Part shown: one piece after another, positions 1 through 11,729 of the stretch | Layout: each line of letters starts with the position of its first letter | Position numbering within the stretch: the first letter of the stretch is position 1 | Assembly: GCA_039621445.1 (NCBI GenBank) | Contig: CP154954.1 | Span: 16,014,140 to 16,078,139 of the forward strand | From: Euglena gracilis | Taxonomy: Eukaryota | Reading direction: 5' to 3' | Length of the DNA stretch: 64,000 nucleotides | Position numbers and translations under genes: made by a program | The notes under the pieces: model-generated | The model's database searches: none | Told to the model about the DNA's origin: nothing | The model's input: the letters and a program-made list of their open reading frames with translations, nothing else

Positions 1-3000
1 ATAGATGTTAAGATTAAAATTATTGACCAATAAATAATTTGGTTTTCTATATTCTCAGAGAAAGGGCGGGCTTCAGCTTCTTTTCCGCATTTGCATTCAT
101 TTCACAGATTCATGAGCTGCAAAATGGGCTGACTGTTGCCAGGCTTAAATCCAAAACGCAAAGCCATTTGTTTCTTGCCAGCTGACACACCCCGTATCAA
201 CTGCATTTTTCCCATTCCCAAAATGCCATTTTCTTTGTGGTTCAGTGCACATGACATGGCGTGTCCATGACACCCCCCCCCCCGTGTCAACCGCACTTTC
301 CCCATATTTTGGCGTGTCAGGACGGGGGGGGGTAGGAGGGTGGTGTGGAATGGGTTCACCCAGTTAGTCTAACGTTTATGGTAGGGTTTAGGTTTGGTGT
401 CACCCTCCCCTCAAATGAACCCCCCCAATATAAACCACCTGGGGGCTTTGTTTGGTGACCAAGTATGACCCCCATGCCGATAAGCATCGCAGAAGCGGCA
501 CAAGACAGGAAAAACCCCCAAAATGCATTGTTTTTTTTCGACAGTTTTTCACGTCCTTTTTGTGGATGTTTAGACGGAAAGTTTGATTGAACTACCCACG
601 AAAGGAACGATCGATGGAATGCCACTGATTGATGGTAATTAGTCAGCTTAGCCTCCCTGGTGCCCTTTGGACGGTATGTCCGCCATTTCTGAATTTGGAG
701 TGATCCAAGGTTTGCTCTACAACAAAGACGGAATACTGCTTTTCTAGTTTCCAGGAGAAGGTCCGAGAGGCACCCCGGAAGCACCAGGTTCCAGGCAGCT
801 GAGGTGGGTGTTTCTCCCAAGTATGTTATTCGATGTTTTCGGTCGCTGTTTCCAAAGGCCATGTTGCGTTCATCCACCCTGGTGATGAATCAGATTCCAA
901 ACATCAAATGTTTCTTAATTTTGATGTATCTTTTTTAATTTGTATATTAAGAATTCATTACCTGAATACCATCCAGCGCACAGACAACACAGGTGCAAGG
1001 GGTGCTGCACCCATGCACCGATGTGATGTGTCGGCACGAGATTCCCCATTTGTTTTGTCAGGTGTTGGTGCTCTAACAGGAAGAAATATCGACTGGTGGG
1101 CCGGGGGGGGGTCTAATGGGGAACATCCGGGACCACATCCCAAAAAGGTCAAATTGTTTCTTCCAGCGCTTGGATTCAAAATGCTTTTCCCATTGACGAG
1201 ATTTTGTCAGGAAGTGCAAAGATTTTTTTGGACGATTTGAGCAAAAAAATTCATGTCCCAAGACAAAAAGTAATGTGGTGTCAATTTAACCAGGTCACTA
1301 TTTCGGGGGGGGTGTTCCCCACCCCCTGCTCCCCTTGAGTAGTGGAGGGCATGAACCCTGGACGGGATTTCAAGACCCCCAGGGAGGATTTTATTGGGAG
1401 CTTATACTTCGTCAACCCGCTTAGCTGTGCATGTGGCATTCAACACCTCCCCACCTTGCTGAGGCTGGGTTCCACTGGGGGCTCGGTTGGTTACCCAACC
1501 GCAAATTTAGTTCCCTTACTGTACACAGAGAAGCCAAACTATCGGGCGGGTGGAATCCCTGGGTGCGATATGGGTCAATGCGCAGATTTTACAAGAGGCG
1601 TCCGAAGGACATTCGCAGAAACGGTTTTCTGCACACTGGCTGCCTGCTCTTTGGGAAGGCTTCTGGATTGATTGATGGTTGTATGACCTGAGGAGGTGCG
1701 GCCGTCCCTGTCTTGTTCGTGCATTTTTTGAATTCTCTTCTTTTGTTGAGGGTTTGGGTTTGGGTTTGGTAACAATTCTTTCCCCTAGCAAAAAGGGGGC
1801 ATGGGGTGCCAGCCCGTTGGTTTCCCTGGAGACCAGAGATCTCAGGCCTAACCACCCCTGCTCTTCCCCTGACAGGGTTCTCCGGTTAGCCTCCGCCACC
1901 GGCCCCCCCCAAACCATATGGCCGTGCCGTTCAGCCTCATGCAGCAGCTCCCCGGTAAGTCCGACCTGTGGCTGCAGCTGCGGGGCTCCGAAGCTGCCCG
2001 AACCGCACCTAGGCCACATGATTATGGTACTACCCAAACCATGACGTTTCATCTCAACCGCCTCCCACCAGTTTTCTGTGCAAAAAGTCCATCTTTTTTG
2101 AGCAAAATTCCCAACAAATATCCCCTGTTCCAACGTTGTCCCTTCCATCCAACTGTTCGAATTGTTGTCCCTTACGTATCTGTTGGAGTATTTGAGCATT
2201 CCAGGCGTGAGGGCAAAAAAAATCCCAAAAAACCAAAATCGGGAAGGTTTCATTTTGATTTTTCTGGGATTCCCACATCTGGAATTTTCTCCCCAACCCG
2301 AATTCCGCCTGAATCGTCCTTTGGTTGGTTATTGGACCTGTATGGATTTCTGTCGGCCCAAAAGAGGGACGTCTGTGCGGGGGAGGGGGGGGGGTTATAA
2401 GTTGTGCCTCAGAGTTCTCCAGAAGGTCCTCATTATGCGCTCAGTTGTTGGTGATGGAAGGCACATAAAAATGGAAAATGGTTTTTTCTTTTCCTTCTTT
2501 TTTTTCTCCCTTCCTGGCGTCTGGCCTTTGGTCTTTTCATTTGAGGGTGCCCCCCAACTTCGCCCCCACACCCAGTCTTGTATCTAATGTTGACCAAGCG
2601 CATAGGGGGGGGTTGCTGGTTTTGCGATGATGTTTGCAGAGCAACTGCTGCATGGTTTTGGCACCAAAGGGGTTCCAGCCTCGCGACCCCCCCCCCCTGG
2701 CCCCATCATGAAGAGAATTTTAATTCTTGTTCAGCCCCTCCGAACGCCAGCTGGACTGCAATGTATTTTGCCTTCGAAGGTGCGCGCTTGGGTGAAAGAA
2801 GGGGTAAAACGGGTAAAAAATCGACTTCCTACTTCAGAATTTGAATCAAAAATCAATTTTTTGTGTATTTGCTGATTTTCAGGCCTTTTATTTTTTTTGA
2901 GGTGTCCAGTTCGAGCCCAAGTCGGGTCACGTTCCAACCAGCAGACCTTATTTCCGGGGGTTGATCCAGCGGCCTGTATGAACTTTTTCCAGCTCTCGAG

Positions 3001-3935
3001 CGGGACCCCCCCCTGGTGGGGTGGGAGACGCACTGTTTGGGATGCTTTCTGGAGGTTCGAATCCTGTGGTCTGCCCCCGCTCTCCATCTTGCAGGCTCAT
3101 CACACTCACCAAGTGGGAGGGGGCATTGCTGGCGTAAGTAGCAAGCGCGGGCACGCGACCGTCAGTGGAAACATTTGAATCACTTGCGCCAGTGCATTCA
3201 AATTGGAAGCGATTCCCCCAAATAAGACCAAGGTCTACGTTGGGTCCGTTGTTTTTAAACCCTGGGGGGGTGGGCTTATTTTTGGGAGTCAACTTTTTGT
3301 AATTTTTGTTTGAAAAACCATCCTGCGGAAGGTCCAAAATCAGGCCTAAAAAGGGACAATTTTTGGCCTCGAGCCAAAATTTTCCAAAATTTCCTCAAAA
3401 GGTGCCAATTTTGATGCATTCAAAAAGTGCAGAAAAGAAAATATGTCAAAGAAATGGTTGTCCACTTTGGGGAATTCTCACCGTTTTTGAGGGCGCTTCC
3501 GAAAATCCCGAGAGCAGGGTATTTTTTTTTGTTTGCTGAAAAGCTGCACCACGGGTGGATTTTTTCGGGGGCTAATTTTGGAGTGTCTTATTTTTTGAGA
3601 TTTTAGTTGCAATGTGCCCGAAGAAACTGAGAAAGCCAAGTCAGCTGTGGGCAGCCACAAACCTTGTGCTTGAAAGTTTGTTTACTTTTTGGGAAAAAGG
3701 CACTTCTTCAAATTTTGAATGCAAAATAGGCGAAAAGTTTGACCTATCACAGGGTGTTCCTGGTCCTTGTGCCGTCCACGCTTCCGGTCATGGATCCCTC
3801 AAGACATCATTGCAACTGACTTTCAAATGACAAAAGGTGAGGGTGCTTCAGCTGGCTGGCAGGACCCACTGATTCTGAAGCCAACAAATGGGTTGGTTCT
3901 TCTGAGCTGCTGCAGCCAAAAGTGAGGGGCTGCGG

Positions 3936-4556
3936 CAGGGCAGAACGGGAATCGGCCGAACAGCCAGGGTGGTGGGTGGGGGGGGGTCGACCACCCCCCC
4001 CAACCCCCTGCATGGGTGGGGGGGGGTCGTTCCCCCCCACCTCTTCCCGTATTTCCGGGAGCACCAGTTTTTGGACCCGAAAAAGATTTTCCGGCGCCGG
4101 GCGTTTTTTTTTGACCCATTTTGGGACCCATATAGGGGGTCCCCCCCAAAACCCCCCAAAACCCCATTTTTTCACACCTTCCAAAAATTCAACATTTTCT
4201 CAAAAATGTTGATTTTGAGAGGTTTTTGAAGCAAAAAATGCCTTCGAAAGTCCAAAAAATTTCAACGAGAAAAAATGTCAGTAAAATTTGACTGTGCCAA
4301 AATTTGTCCACTTTTTTTGACCTTCGTTTTTTTCACCCCCCTCCTAAAAACTACCAATTTTTAACCCTGAAAATTTTGAGATTTTTTTGTGAAAAAATGT
4401 GGGTTTCCATCAAAAAATCATGTGTTTTGGGTTCATTTTTCAAAAAAAATTCAAAGATTTTTCCGGCCAATATCCCCGTTTTCCTGAAATCGGTGAAAAT
4501 GCTGTGGTGGGTGGGGGGGTCGACCCCCCCCCACCAGGCCTTCCCGTTCTGCCCTG
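3936..4556. mobile_element. hAT-like MITE, 621 bp
   Basis: Perfect 16-bp TIR CAGGGCAGAACGGGAA / TTCCCGTTCTGCCCTG and perfect 8-bp TSD GGCTGCGG (3928-3935, 4557-4564). Confidence 0.92.
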
Positions 4557-5561
4557 GGCTGCGGAGAAGCAAGCGTCCCCCCCCCTCTTCTAAAACACTT
4601 TCGGTGCTTGCCTGAAACTGCTTTTTGCAAAGAAATTCAGGTATGTCTTTTTGCTGCACGCCGGGTCCGAATGATCGCACCGTTGTTTCGTTGGTGTGGG
4701 TGTCCCCTCCATGAAACCAAAGGGGGTTTCTGGACCCCCCACACTCGTGCGTTGGCCACCCGCTTAGGGACGAAAGACGGCTTTTTGTTGGCAGGGAGTT
4801 GGATTCTGTGTCTTTCAGAGGGCAGCGTGGTGCCCAGCACTGCACCCAAGTCCCGACCGATCCAAACAAAGAGGACCTCTTCCCCCTCGTCGTTTCCCCA
4901 ACTCCCCCTACGGCTTTCAGTCCTTTCCTCCATTCTGGACCTTGGGGGGCCCGATATCAGCAGGCTAACTCGAAGTTTACATGGTCCGAGCCACAGGGGT
5001 GCAACTTGCATGTGGACTTGGCTTTTCTGAATCGGTTGACTACCAATCTCCCCACCCCCAGCTTAAGTCCATAGCCGCCAAAGTGGTTGAAATTACAAAA
5101 AAGAGGCCAAAAACAGCCAAAAATGGCCATATACCCCTTTCTTGTGGCCAGGGGGCCGAAAAAAAATGAGGGAATCCATTTCCACTGACCCCGGGTGAAA
5201 AAACAACAAGCCATCTATTCACACCGAACCCCTCTCCTCCGCTGCCGTCCCTCAAACATTTCAGAGACAACCAGGGCTTTGGCGCCACACCAGCCACGGA
5301 CAGTCTGCCGCGGCTCCGTCACGACGAATTAGTTTCTCCGAGGACTTTGGCGTGCTTGTCTGGATTCCTTTGGTACTTTCCACTTTCCACAAACGGACGG
5401 GGGTTTCGATGGCTTATCGAAATCTCTGTCATTTTAGGAATAGGGGTTAGAGTTGCAATTGTCGTTCAGAAGAGGGCCAAAGTTAAATTTGGCCAAATTG
5501 GCTCTAAATTTAGCTGAATTAGGCCTAATTTTTGTCGAATTTTAGTCTTAACGGGATGAAT

Positions 5562-5634
5562 CCTAACCCTAACCTTCCTAACCCTGACACTGACCCCATC
5601 CCGAACCAATAACCCAAAACCCCAACCCTAAACC
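5562..5634 (+). repeat. Degenerate interstitial telomere-like (CCCTAA) tract
   Basis: CCTAACCCTAACCTTCCTAACCCTG…AACCCTAAACC; similar short tracts occur at ~12880-12915, 49435-49450, 50485-50530 and 59026-59098. Confidence 0.45.
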
Positions 5635-6454
5635 TGGAGTTGGGATGCCAGTAGGTATTGCACATTTGTCCTGGATCTCCAGTGGGGAGTTCAAAAACAC
5701 AGAGAATGTGGCTTCGGGCTCTCTTGTTGACGCAGGGACGGTCCGACCCTCCCCCTGCTTTTTCAAACCCCATCCCTGGGAGTGTGAAGCAGAGCACGTT
5801 CATACGGTCTGCAGCACACAGACAAGAGTATTCAGCACACAGTCAGCAGTCATAGATAGACAGTCATAGATAGTGACTGGCTGGTTTTCCGAAAGAGAGT
5901 GGCTGACTGGTTTTTAAAAAAGTGGAGTGACCCCCCTACCCCCCGGGGGTCGGTAAAAAATTGTGTGGTGGGTATCACAAGTTCACAATTTAAGAGTCGC
6001 AAAACCTGTTGTACAGAGAAAATCCTGTGAAATATTTCTGTGGTAGGAACCGCGTTCCCCTGGAAAGCATAGAATATGAAAGCATTCTTGCCGCCGTTCA
6101 GACAAGAGCGTCCGAACCACTTGCACCCTCCCCAAAGCCATTCTTGCTCAAAATGGACTTTGATTTTGTTTCAAGTTCACCGCGGTGCCAGGGAACCCAG
6201 AATCGGTGTGGTGAAAGCCTTTCCCGAAAATTCCAAGAGCTCTCGACTGGCCCATCCCTAAGGACCGTCCCCTTGTCTGACACAAGTGCCCTTGACACCC
6301 CCCCCCCCCCTGTGTCAACGCACATTCCTGGAACATTTCTGTGCCTTGGGGGTTAGCAGCCTTGCTGCCTTCGGAGGACAGGACTGCCAGCTCCCTCCCC
6401 TCCCCAGAGCCGACACACCCTGGGGTGCTGGACTGCTGCCCGCCGCAATGGGCG

Positions 6455-6521
6455 CAGGGAATTTCTTAAGCTGGACCCCACCCTATCCCGGGGGGGGGGG
6501 GGCGTCCGGTTTAGCTGGCCG

Positions 6522-6556
<35 letters not shown>

Positions 6557-6693
6557 GGTTACCACTCGACCCCCCTCTCCGGGGGGGGGGGAGTGGTAAT
6601 AAAGTAAAACAAAGTAATGAGGGGGTCCAGCCAGCATTTTTTTCCAGCCAGCCGTTTGGACCCCGCCAGAGGGGGTTCTCAAGAAATTCGCTG
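6455..6693. mobile_element. hAT-like MITE inserted in an exon (candidate young nonconventional intron), 239 bp
   Basis: TIR CAGGGAATTTCTTAAG / CTCAAGAAATTCGCTG (14/16) and TSD AATGGGCG / AATGGGCC (7/8). Paralog B (47350-47410) lacks the insertion. Confidence 0.88.
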
Positions 6694-7418
6694 AATGGGC
6701 CCCCTCCGAGGGCACCCAGGCTGACTGCGCTGCGTTCCCATCGGCTCCACTCGCCCGATCCCTGCTTCATGTGGTCGGACATGGGGACATGCAAGGTTGC
6801 TTATTCCTGCCTCCCCTCCTGACTGCCTTTTTTTTGAACCCTCATCCCTTCTCTTGGCCTCTTTGTCTGGTTTCTTTTTGGGGGCATGGCCTTTGGATTT
6901 TTGTCCCAAATCTGGTGGTTTACCCTTTGTACCTGCCCAGGGAGAACCCCACCAAACCAGGCTTGTGCTTAGTCGGGTGCCTACCCCACGGGGGAGTGGG
7001 TGGGTGCTAGGGGCAGGCACCCCATGGCACCCGATCCGCCCCCCGCCCCCCCAGGGAGGGGTAGGGTTTTGGGGGGTGCCTGCCCATAGCAGGCAACCCC
7101 CCTCTGACCCCGGCGCCGAAGGCGCTGGGGGCCTGGGAAAGGCCATTTTCAATGAAGATTTTCTGGGCCCCCCGGACCCCTACCCCCCCCTGGGGGGTGT
7201 GCCTGCTAGGGGCAGGCACTCTATAGCACCCACCCACCCTCCCCCCCTGGTCGGTAAGCACAAGCATGCACCAAATACCTGTGGCATGACTGGGCGTAAG
7301 CACCAATTTGCTAGGCAACTGTATGGATGGGATTGGATCTCGGGCAGAGCACAGCATTGCTGTAGCTGCAACTGACGTGGTCCTCTCCCACGCACCCCTG
7401 TTGCATCACGTACGTGGC

Positions 7419-7479
7419 GGCCAGGCAGATGCTCTGAAAGATGGGGAACTGATGTCGCAGTGAGGGTCTGCCTGCCCCT
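7419..7479 (+). other. Euglenid-type nonconventional intron (61 nt)
   Basis: GGC-CAGGCAGA...TCTGCCTG-CCCCT|G: CAG at +4..+6, CTG at -8..-6, complementary ends, R first, Y last, exon resumes with R. Removal eliminates stops and joins two conserved frames. Confidence 0.85.
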
Positions 7480-7620
7480 GATCCCCCTCAGATGGGTCCC
7501 AGCCTGCCTCCCCCTGTGTCACCCGGAAGTAAGCCAGCCTACCATACGGTGCACAATCCGTACTCTTTTGAAGGTCCTTGGGCCATATACCGGAGGGTTT
7601 TCAAACTACTTGCAGAGTAA
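7480..7620 (+). CDS. Terminal exon of paralog A: DPPQMGPSLPPPVSPGSKPAYHTVHNPYSFEGPWAIYRRVFKLLAE*
   Basis: In frame with the upstream exon (…VLSHAPLLHHVRG, ending 7418) only after removal of 7419-7479. The peptide is conserved in paralog B (47950-48168). Confidence 0.7.
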   Translation, partial: DPPQMGPSLPPPVSPGSKPAYHTVHNPYSFEGPWAIYRRVFKLLAE

Positions 7621-8265
7621 CGGAGGCATTGTTAAAAGAAGGAATGTATTCATTTCCTGAATCACCATTTCAATCTGTGTTCCTTTAATTTACTGATTCA
7701 TAGGATTTTTGTCACCCAATGAATTGGGTTTTGTCTGCCAGAACTGCACATCCCTGTTACACATTGAGGACCACAGCACCTCCTCATGTCAAGGAAACTG
7801 CCTTTTTTTGTATCCCCGCCAGAATTAAGTGCCAATGGCTCTTCCTCGTTTCCCAACCGCCCAGGGACCCTAGCGATGGCCCTCAATACGTGGTCCAAGC
7901 GACCTCGTGATTGAGTCCAAGGACCGACAGCCCGCGCAATCATCTTCCTCTTGTGGAGGCCATGGTTGTTGGGTGATCAAACCGCAATGAGAAAAACATT
8001 ATCATGGTATCGTGCCGTTGAAACAGCGGTTGTTGAGACCCCCCCCCTGTCAAGGGCACTTTCCTTGAACACTTGGCTTGTCTTGGACAAGAGGGGGAGG
8101 GTACCTGTTAAGTGCTGTATTTTTCACTGGTCCTTGAGGAGGGGGGTCCCACAATTATCAGCATTTTTACCAATTATTTGGAATCGTGTTTTTGCGTCCG
8201 AAAGCCTCCTGGCGCACCAGGTTCAAAGCTCTGGTCACTTGCAAAAAAAGTCGCACATCATCTTA

Positions 8266-8666
8266 CATTCCCCCCCCCCTTGTCCTTGACACGCCTTGTC
8301 CATGACACCCCCCCCGTGTCAACCGCACTTTTCCCGTACCTAAAAAGAGTAAAGTATTTTTGACACACTTCACGTCTCTGGAGCTCGTCTCTGGAGCTAA
8401 TTGGTTGCCATTTTCTGTACAGAACCATGGCTTTGAACTTATCTTCTTTTGAGTTTGGTGATTTAGTGAGATATGAGCGCTCCAATGGAGTTATTGTTGA
8501 TGCTATGGTGATTGGGCCCTCAAACCGAGGCCTAGATTACCTGGCCATCATTTTGCTGCATGTTTTGTGGTACGGTTCCCATGACACGGCGTGTCCATGA
8601 CACACCCCCCGTGTCAACCGCACTTTCCCCGTATTTTGGCGTGTCAAGGACAAGGGGGGGGGAATG
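8266..8666. mobile_element. Tc1/mariner-type MITE (TA TSD), 401 bp
   Basis: ~30-bp TIR CATTCCCCCCCCCCTTGTCCTTGACACGCC / GGCGTGTCAAGGACAAGGGGGGGGGAATG flanked by TA on both sides. Related partial copies occur at ~255-335 and ~18985-19030. Confidence 0.88.
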
Positions 8667-10376
8667 TAGGCATCTATCGTGGCTTATTGTGCTTGGGAGT
8701 GGGGTGCACTTTCGCAAAAATTCATACCAGAGGTGGGAATTTGGGGTTGAAGAAAAGATTGGATGAGCAAAAAAAATGGCCTTAAAAAGGATGGGTGGTG
8801 TCGGCCAAAGTCGCAATCATATTCGGAGACCAGAACGCTCTGAAAAAAGGGGATAGAAAATTTTTTAAAAAAATGTGGAAGACAAGCTGTGTGGTTATCT
8901 CCAGCGTGCCCATAAATTCTCATACCCACGTCCACAGAGAATTTTCATCCCCTGAAAAAAGAAATGGGAAAAAAGAATGGCACCCCACACTCCACAGAAC
9001 CATGCTGAAGAACCTCAGAGTTGCGAGTACCGGTGGAGCACTTAGAACTGAGTAGCACCACCTCAAAATGAGGTCATGCCAAACCCCAGGGTTTACCCCC
9101 AGCTCCCTCGAAAGAAACCCATCAAGTCCCTACAAGCACATCAGCCTGCCAATTCTTGCTCGCGGTTAGAAAACACTCTGACTGCACAACATCCGACCTG
9201 CAACTGGTGCTCGTGCTCAATGGGGTTAAAATCAGGGCCTGTTTTTTTTTCTTTCAAGTGGAGTGTTCGCAGTGGATGGGGTCACCAATTTCACCAAGAT
9301 TTCACTTGTGAGAAAGCCAATAAAATACGCCCAAACGCGATACATTTCGGCAATTTTTATGTCTCTGTATCTGTATCTGTATCACTCGATGCCAAACCAT
9401 ATTTCTGCAATCCCGCAGCGGTGCAATCTGGATTAAGCAGTCGCAATTGCCCGACAAAGCACCAATCCACCAGGCGCAACTCTGAGATGGGATTTGGGCT
9501 GGTTCTGTGGAATGTGCGGGGCCATCATCGCACATACCCGGGAAAACGTCCCCTGTGCCAACCCTGAACCGCCTTCAAAGCAACCTTCCACCTACCTTGT
9601 AAACCAGGTGTTGTGCTGAGCTCTTCATGTGTCTGATGGTGCCATGCTGCAGCAGACGTTTGAGGCTTGTGGCAGCCAGGGCGGCCCAGCCCGGCCCCAG
9701 GGTTGTATGGGAAGCTCTGCAGACATGAGGAAGGTGATAGGGGGGAGTCGCCGAGCTCTTATCCCTTTATGGGTAAGAGCGAAGCTTACCCCTGGGGAAA
9801 TGGGGGGGGGTTCGAACCGCCCCCACCCTCCCCCCCCGGGGCGGGGCCACCTCAGGAACCGGCGGATTATCACCATGATCCCAGCTCCGTTCCCGGAATT
9901 TTTTTTTCAGTCGCGACTGGATTTCTAGTTTCCAAATCACCTCCGTTTGACCCCCAACTCCCCGCCAGGCCCAAGTTATTCAGCCGCGAAGGGGTCCAAA
10001 CTGGGTAGGATTGGCCCGCCCCGCCCCCCCTTCCGACTCTGCCATTTCGCCAGGGTCCAAAAATGGGTCACCCGTCGGTCAAAAATTCGATTTTTCGAAA
10101 ATATCTCGAGAAAGCGTACATTATTTCCGGAAATGCGGTCTGACGAAATGTACCCCCGGAGGCCCTCCATCGCCCCCCCCCTTCACCGTTTTGGCCGCCG
10201 ACACGCCTGGCCCGTGTTCCGGCACGCTTTTGCGGCGGCCCAAAATGGCCATTTTGGGTGTTTTTTTTTGGGCCGTTTTTTTTGGTCAAAAATCGATTTT
10301 TCCAAATTATCTCGACAATGAAGCAAAATCAAAGAAAATGTCCGCAGAGTAAAAATGAAGCCCTTGGAATGCCCTA

Positions 10377-10839
10377 AACCCCCCCCCAAAAAAATAAGAC
10401 CCGGGTCTTATTTTTGGGTCCGTTGCTGGAAGCCTGCAGGGGGGGTCTTATTTTTGGGGGGGGTCTTATTTTTGGATTTTTTCTTGACCGACCCGGGTCC
10501 GAAAAAAACACCATTTTTCAGGTTCCCAAGAGGACTATAATTTTTTCCTTCGGCGCTTCGCGCCATGTGAAAATTGGTGTAAATTGACATTTACCGTGTT
10601 TTTTGAACTTCAAAAATCCGAAAATTTTTGAAATTTCATCATTTTTGTGTATGAAATTGGGTTTTTTGGTCATTTTTCAGGGGAAAAGTTCACCGTCCCC
10701 GGCGCTTCGCGCCGTAAAGGGGGGTCTTATTTATGGGGGGGGGTCTTATTTTTGGATTTTTGCTCGATCGGCCCAGGGGGAGTCTTATTTTGGGGGGGGG
10801 TCTTATTTTTTGGGGGGGTCTTATTTTTGGGGGGGGGTT
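10377..10839. mobile_element. Tc1/mariner (pogo/Tigger-like) MITE, 463 bp
   Basis: TIR AACCCCCCCCCAAAAAAATAAGACCC / GGGTCTTATTTTTGGGGGGGGGTT with TA on both sides and multiple internal GGGGGTCTTATTTT motifs. The host repeat 10280-10376 has an uninterrupted relative at 10955-11055 (GCCC-TA-TC). Confidence 0.85.
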
Positions 10840-11284
10840 TATCCAACCGTGTTTTTTTCTTTTTCCCCCCAACCCTTCGTGTAGCCGTAGAGTTACGGCA
10901 TTTTTTTTCGGCCAATTTCGGCTCATTTCTGGGCCATTTTGGGCTTTTTTGGGGGCCAGAAAAATCGATGTTTCCAAAATATCTCGGAAATGAAGCGAAA
11001 TCAGAGGAAATGTCCAGAGACCTAAATTGAAGCCCGTGGAATGCCCTATCTAATGGTATTTTGATTTCCCGATATCTTCCTGCCAAACCCCGAGATGTGG
11101 CTGATTTATGGCATAAAACAGCATGGCAGGCTTCCGATTCTGCCGTTTTCGGCCATTTTTCGGGGGAAAAATCAAAAAATTTTCCCCAAACAATCATTTT
11201 TTTTTCTGTTGCTGCTTCATTTTTCCTTCTGGGGGTGGTTATAAGTCATGGTTTGGTAGTTGGGCCCAATGGGGGGGGTATAAG

Positions 11285-11729
11285 CAGGGGGGGGGGAATG
11301 CAACTTGCATAATTTGCATTTTTTTGCATAATCAGGTTTTCCCGAAATTTGCATTTTTATGCTTTTTTTTTTGCATTTTTTGCATAAAATATTTTGCCCT
11401 GGAAAAATTTTTTGTAGTTGGTTGCCGTATGTTTGGAATTTTTTGCATTTTTTTGCATTTTTTTTCATAAAATATTTTGCCCTTGAGAAAAATTTTGTAG
11501 TTGGTTGGCATATGTTTGGATTTTTTTTTGCATTTTTTTTGCGTTTTTTTTGCATAAAATATTTTGCCCTGGAAATTTTTTTGATTTTAGGCAGCAAAGC
11601 TCTGTCATATTCCAGCTTTTTCTCAAGGTTTTCATGCAAGTTGCATTTTTTTGCATTTTTTTTTTTGCATTTTTTTGCATTTTTTTTGACTTGCATAATT
11701 TGCAGGGCCAAGTTGCATTTCCCCCCCTG
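11285..11729. mobile_element. hAT-like MITE with TTGCATTTT-rich interior, 445 bp
   Basis: TIR CAGGGGGGGGGGAATGCAACTTG / CAAGTTGCATTTCCCCCCCTG; flanking duplication GTATAAG (7 bp, or 8 bp GGTATAAG if one G was dropped). Confidence 0.8.

Larger units (their letters stand above)
1870..7620 (+). pseudogene. Multi-exon low-complexity protein gene, paralog A (C-terminal HNPY motif); probably disrupted
   Basis: Exon-like blocks are conserved at peptide level with paralogs B/C: MA.PFSL.QQLPGKSDLWLQLRGSEAARTAPRPH (1918-2019, differences to B nearly all third-position), QHC.QVPT.PN...PLVV.P.PPTA.SP.L (~4835-4935), DR.ASSLP.PEP..PGVLDCCPP (~6377-6795), NCM.G...DV.LSHA (7315-7418) and DPPQMGPSLPPP...HTVHNPYSFEG (7480-7620). 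It contains an inverted internal block and an in-frame stop. The full exon structure is unresolved. Confidence 0.6.
1118..10306 (+). repeat. Segmental direct duplication, copy A (>=9.2 kb)
   Basis: Near-identical to 54629-64000 from GGGGAACATCCGGGACCACATCC onward. Differences are mostly homopolymer length, scattered substitutions and a few indels. The partner copy runs off the window end. Confidence 0.97.

Noticed and set aside
5562-5634. True telomere or chromosome-healing site
   Set aside because: Short, degenerate and internal; similar tracts recur inside dispersed repeats.
7296-7314. 19-nt GTAAG…CTAG intron in paralog A
   Set aside because: Too short, and the phase could not be reconciled with paralog B; the exon junctions between 6796 and 7314 remain unresolved.
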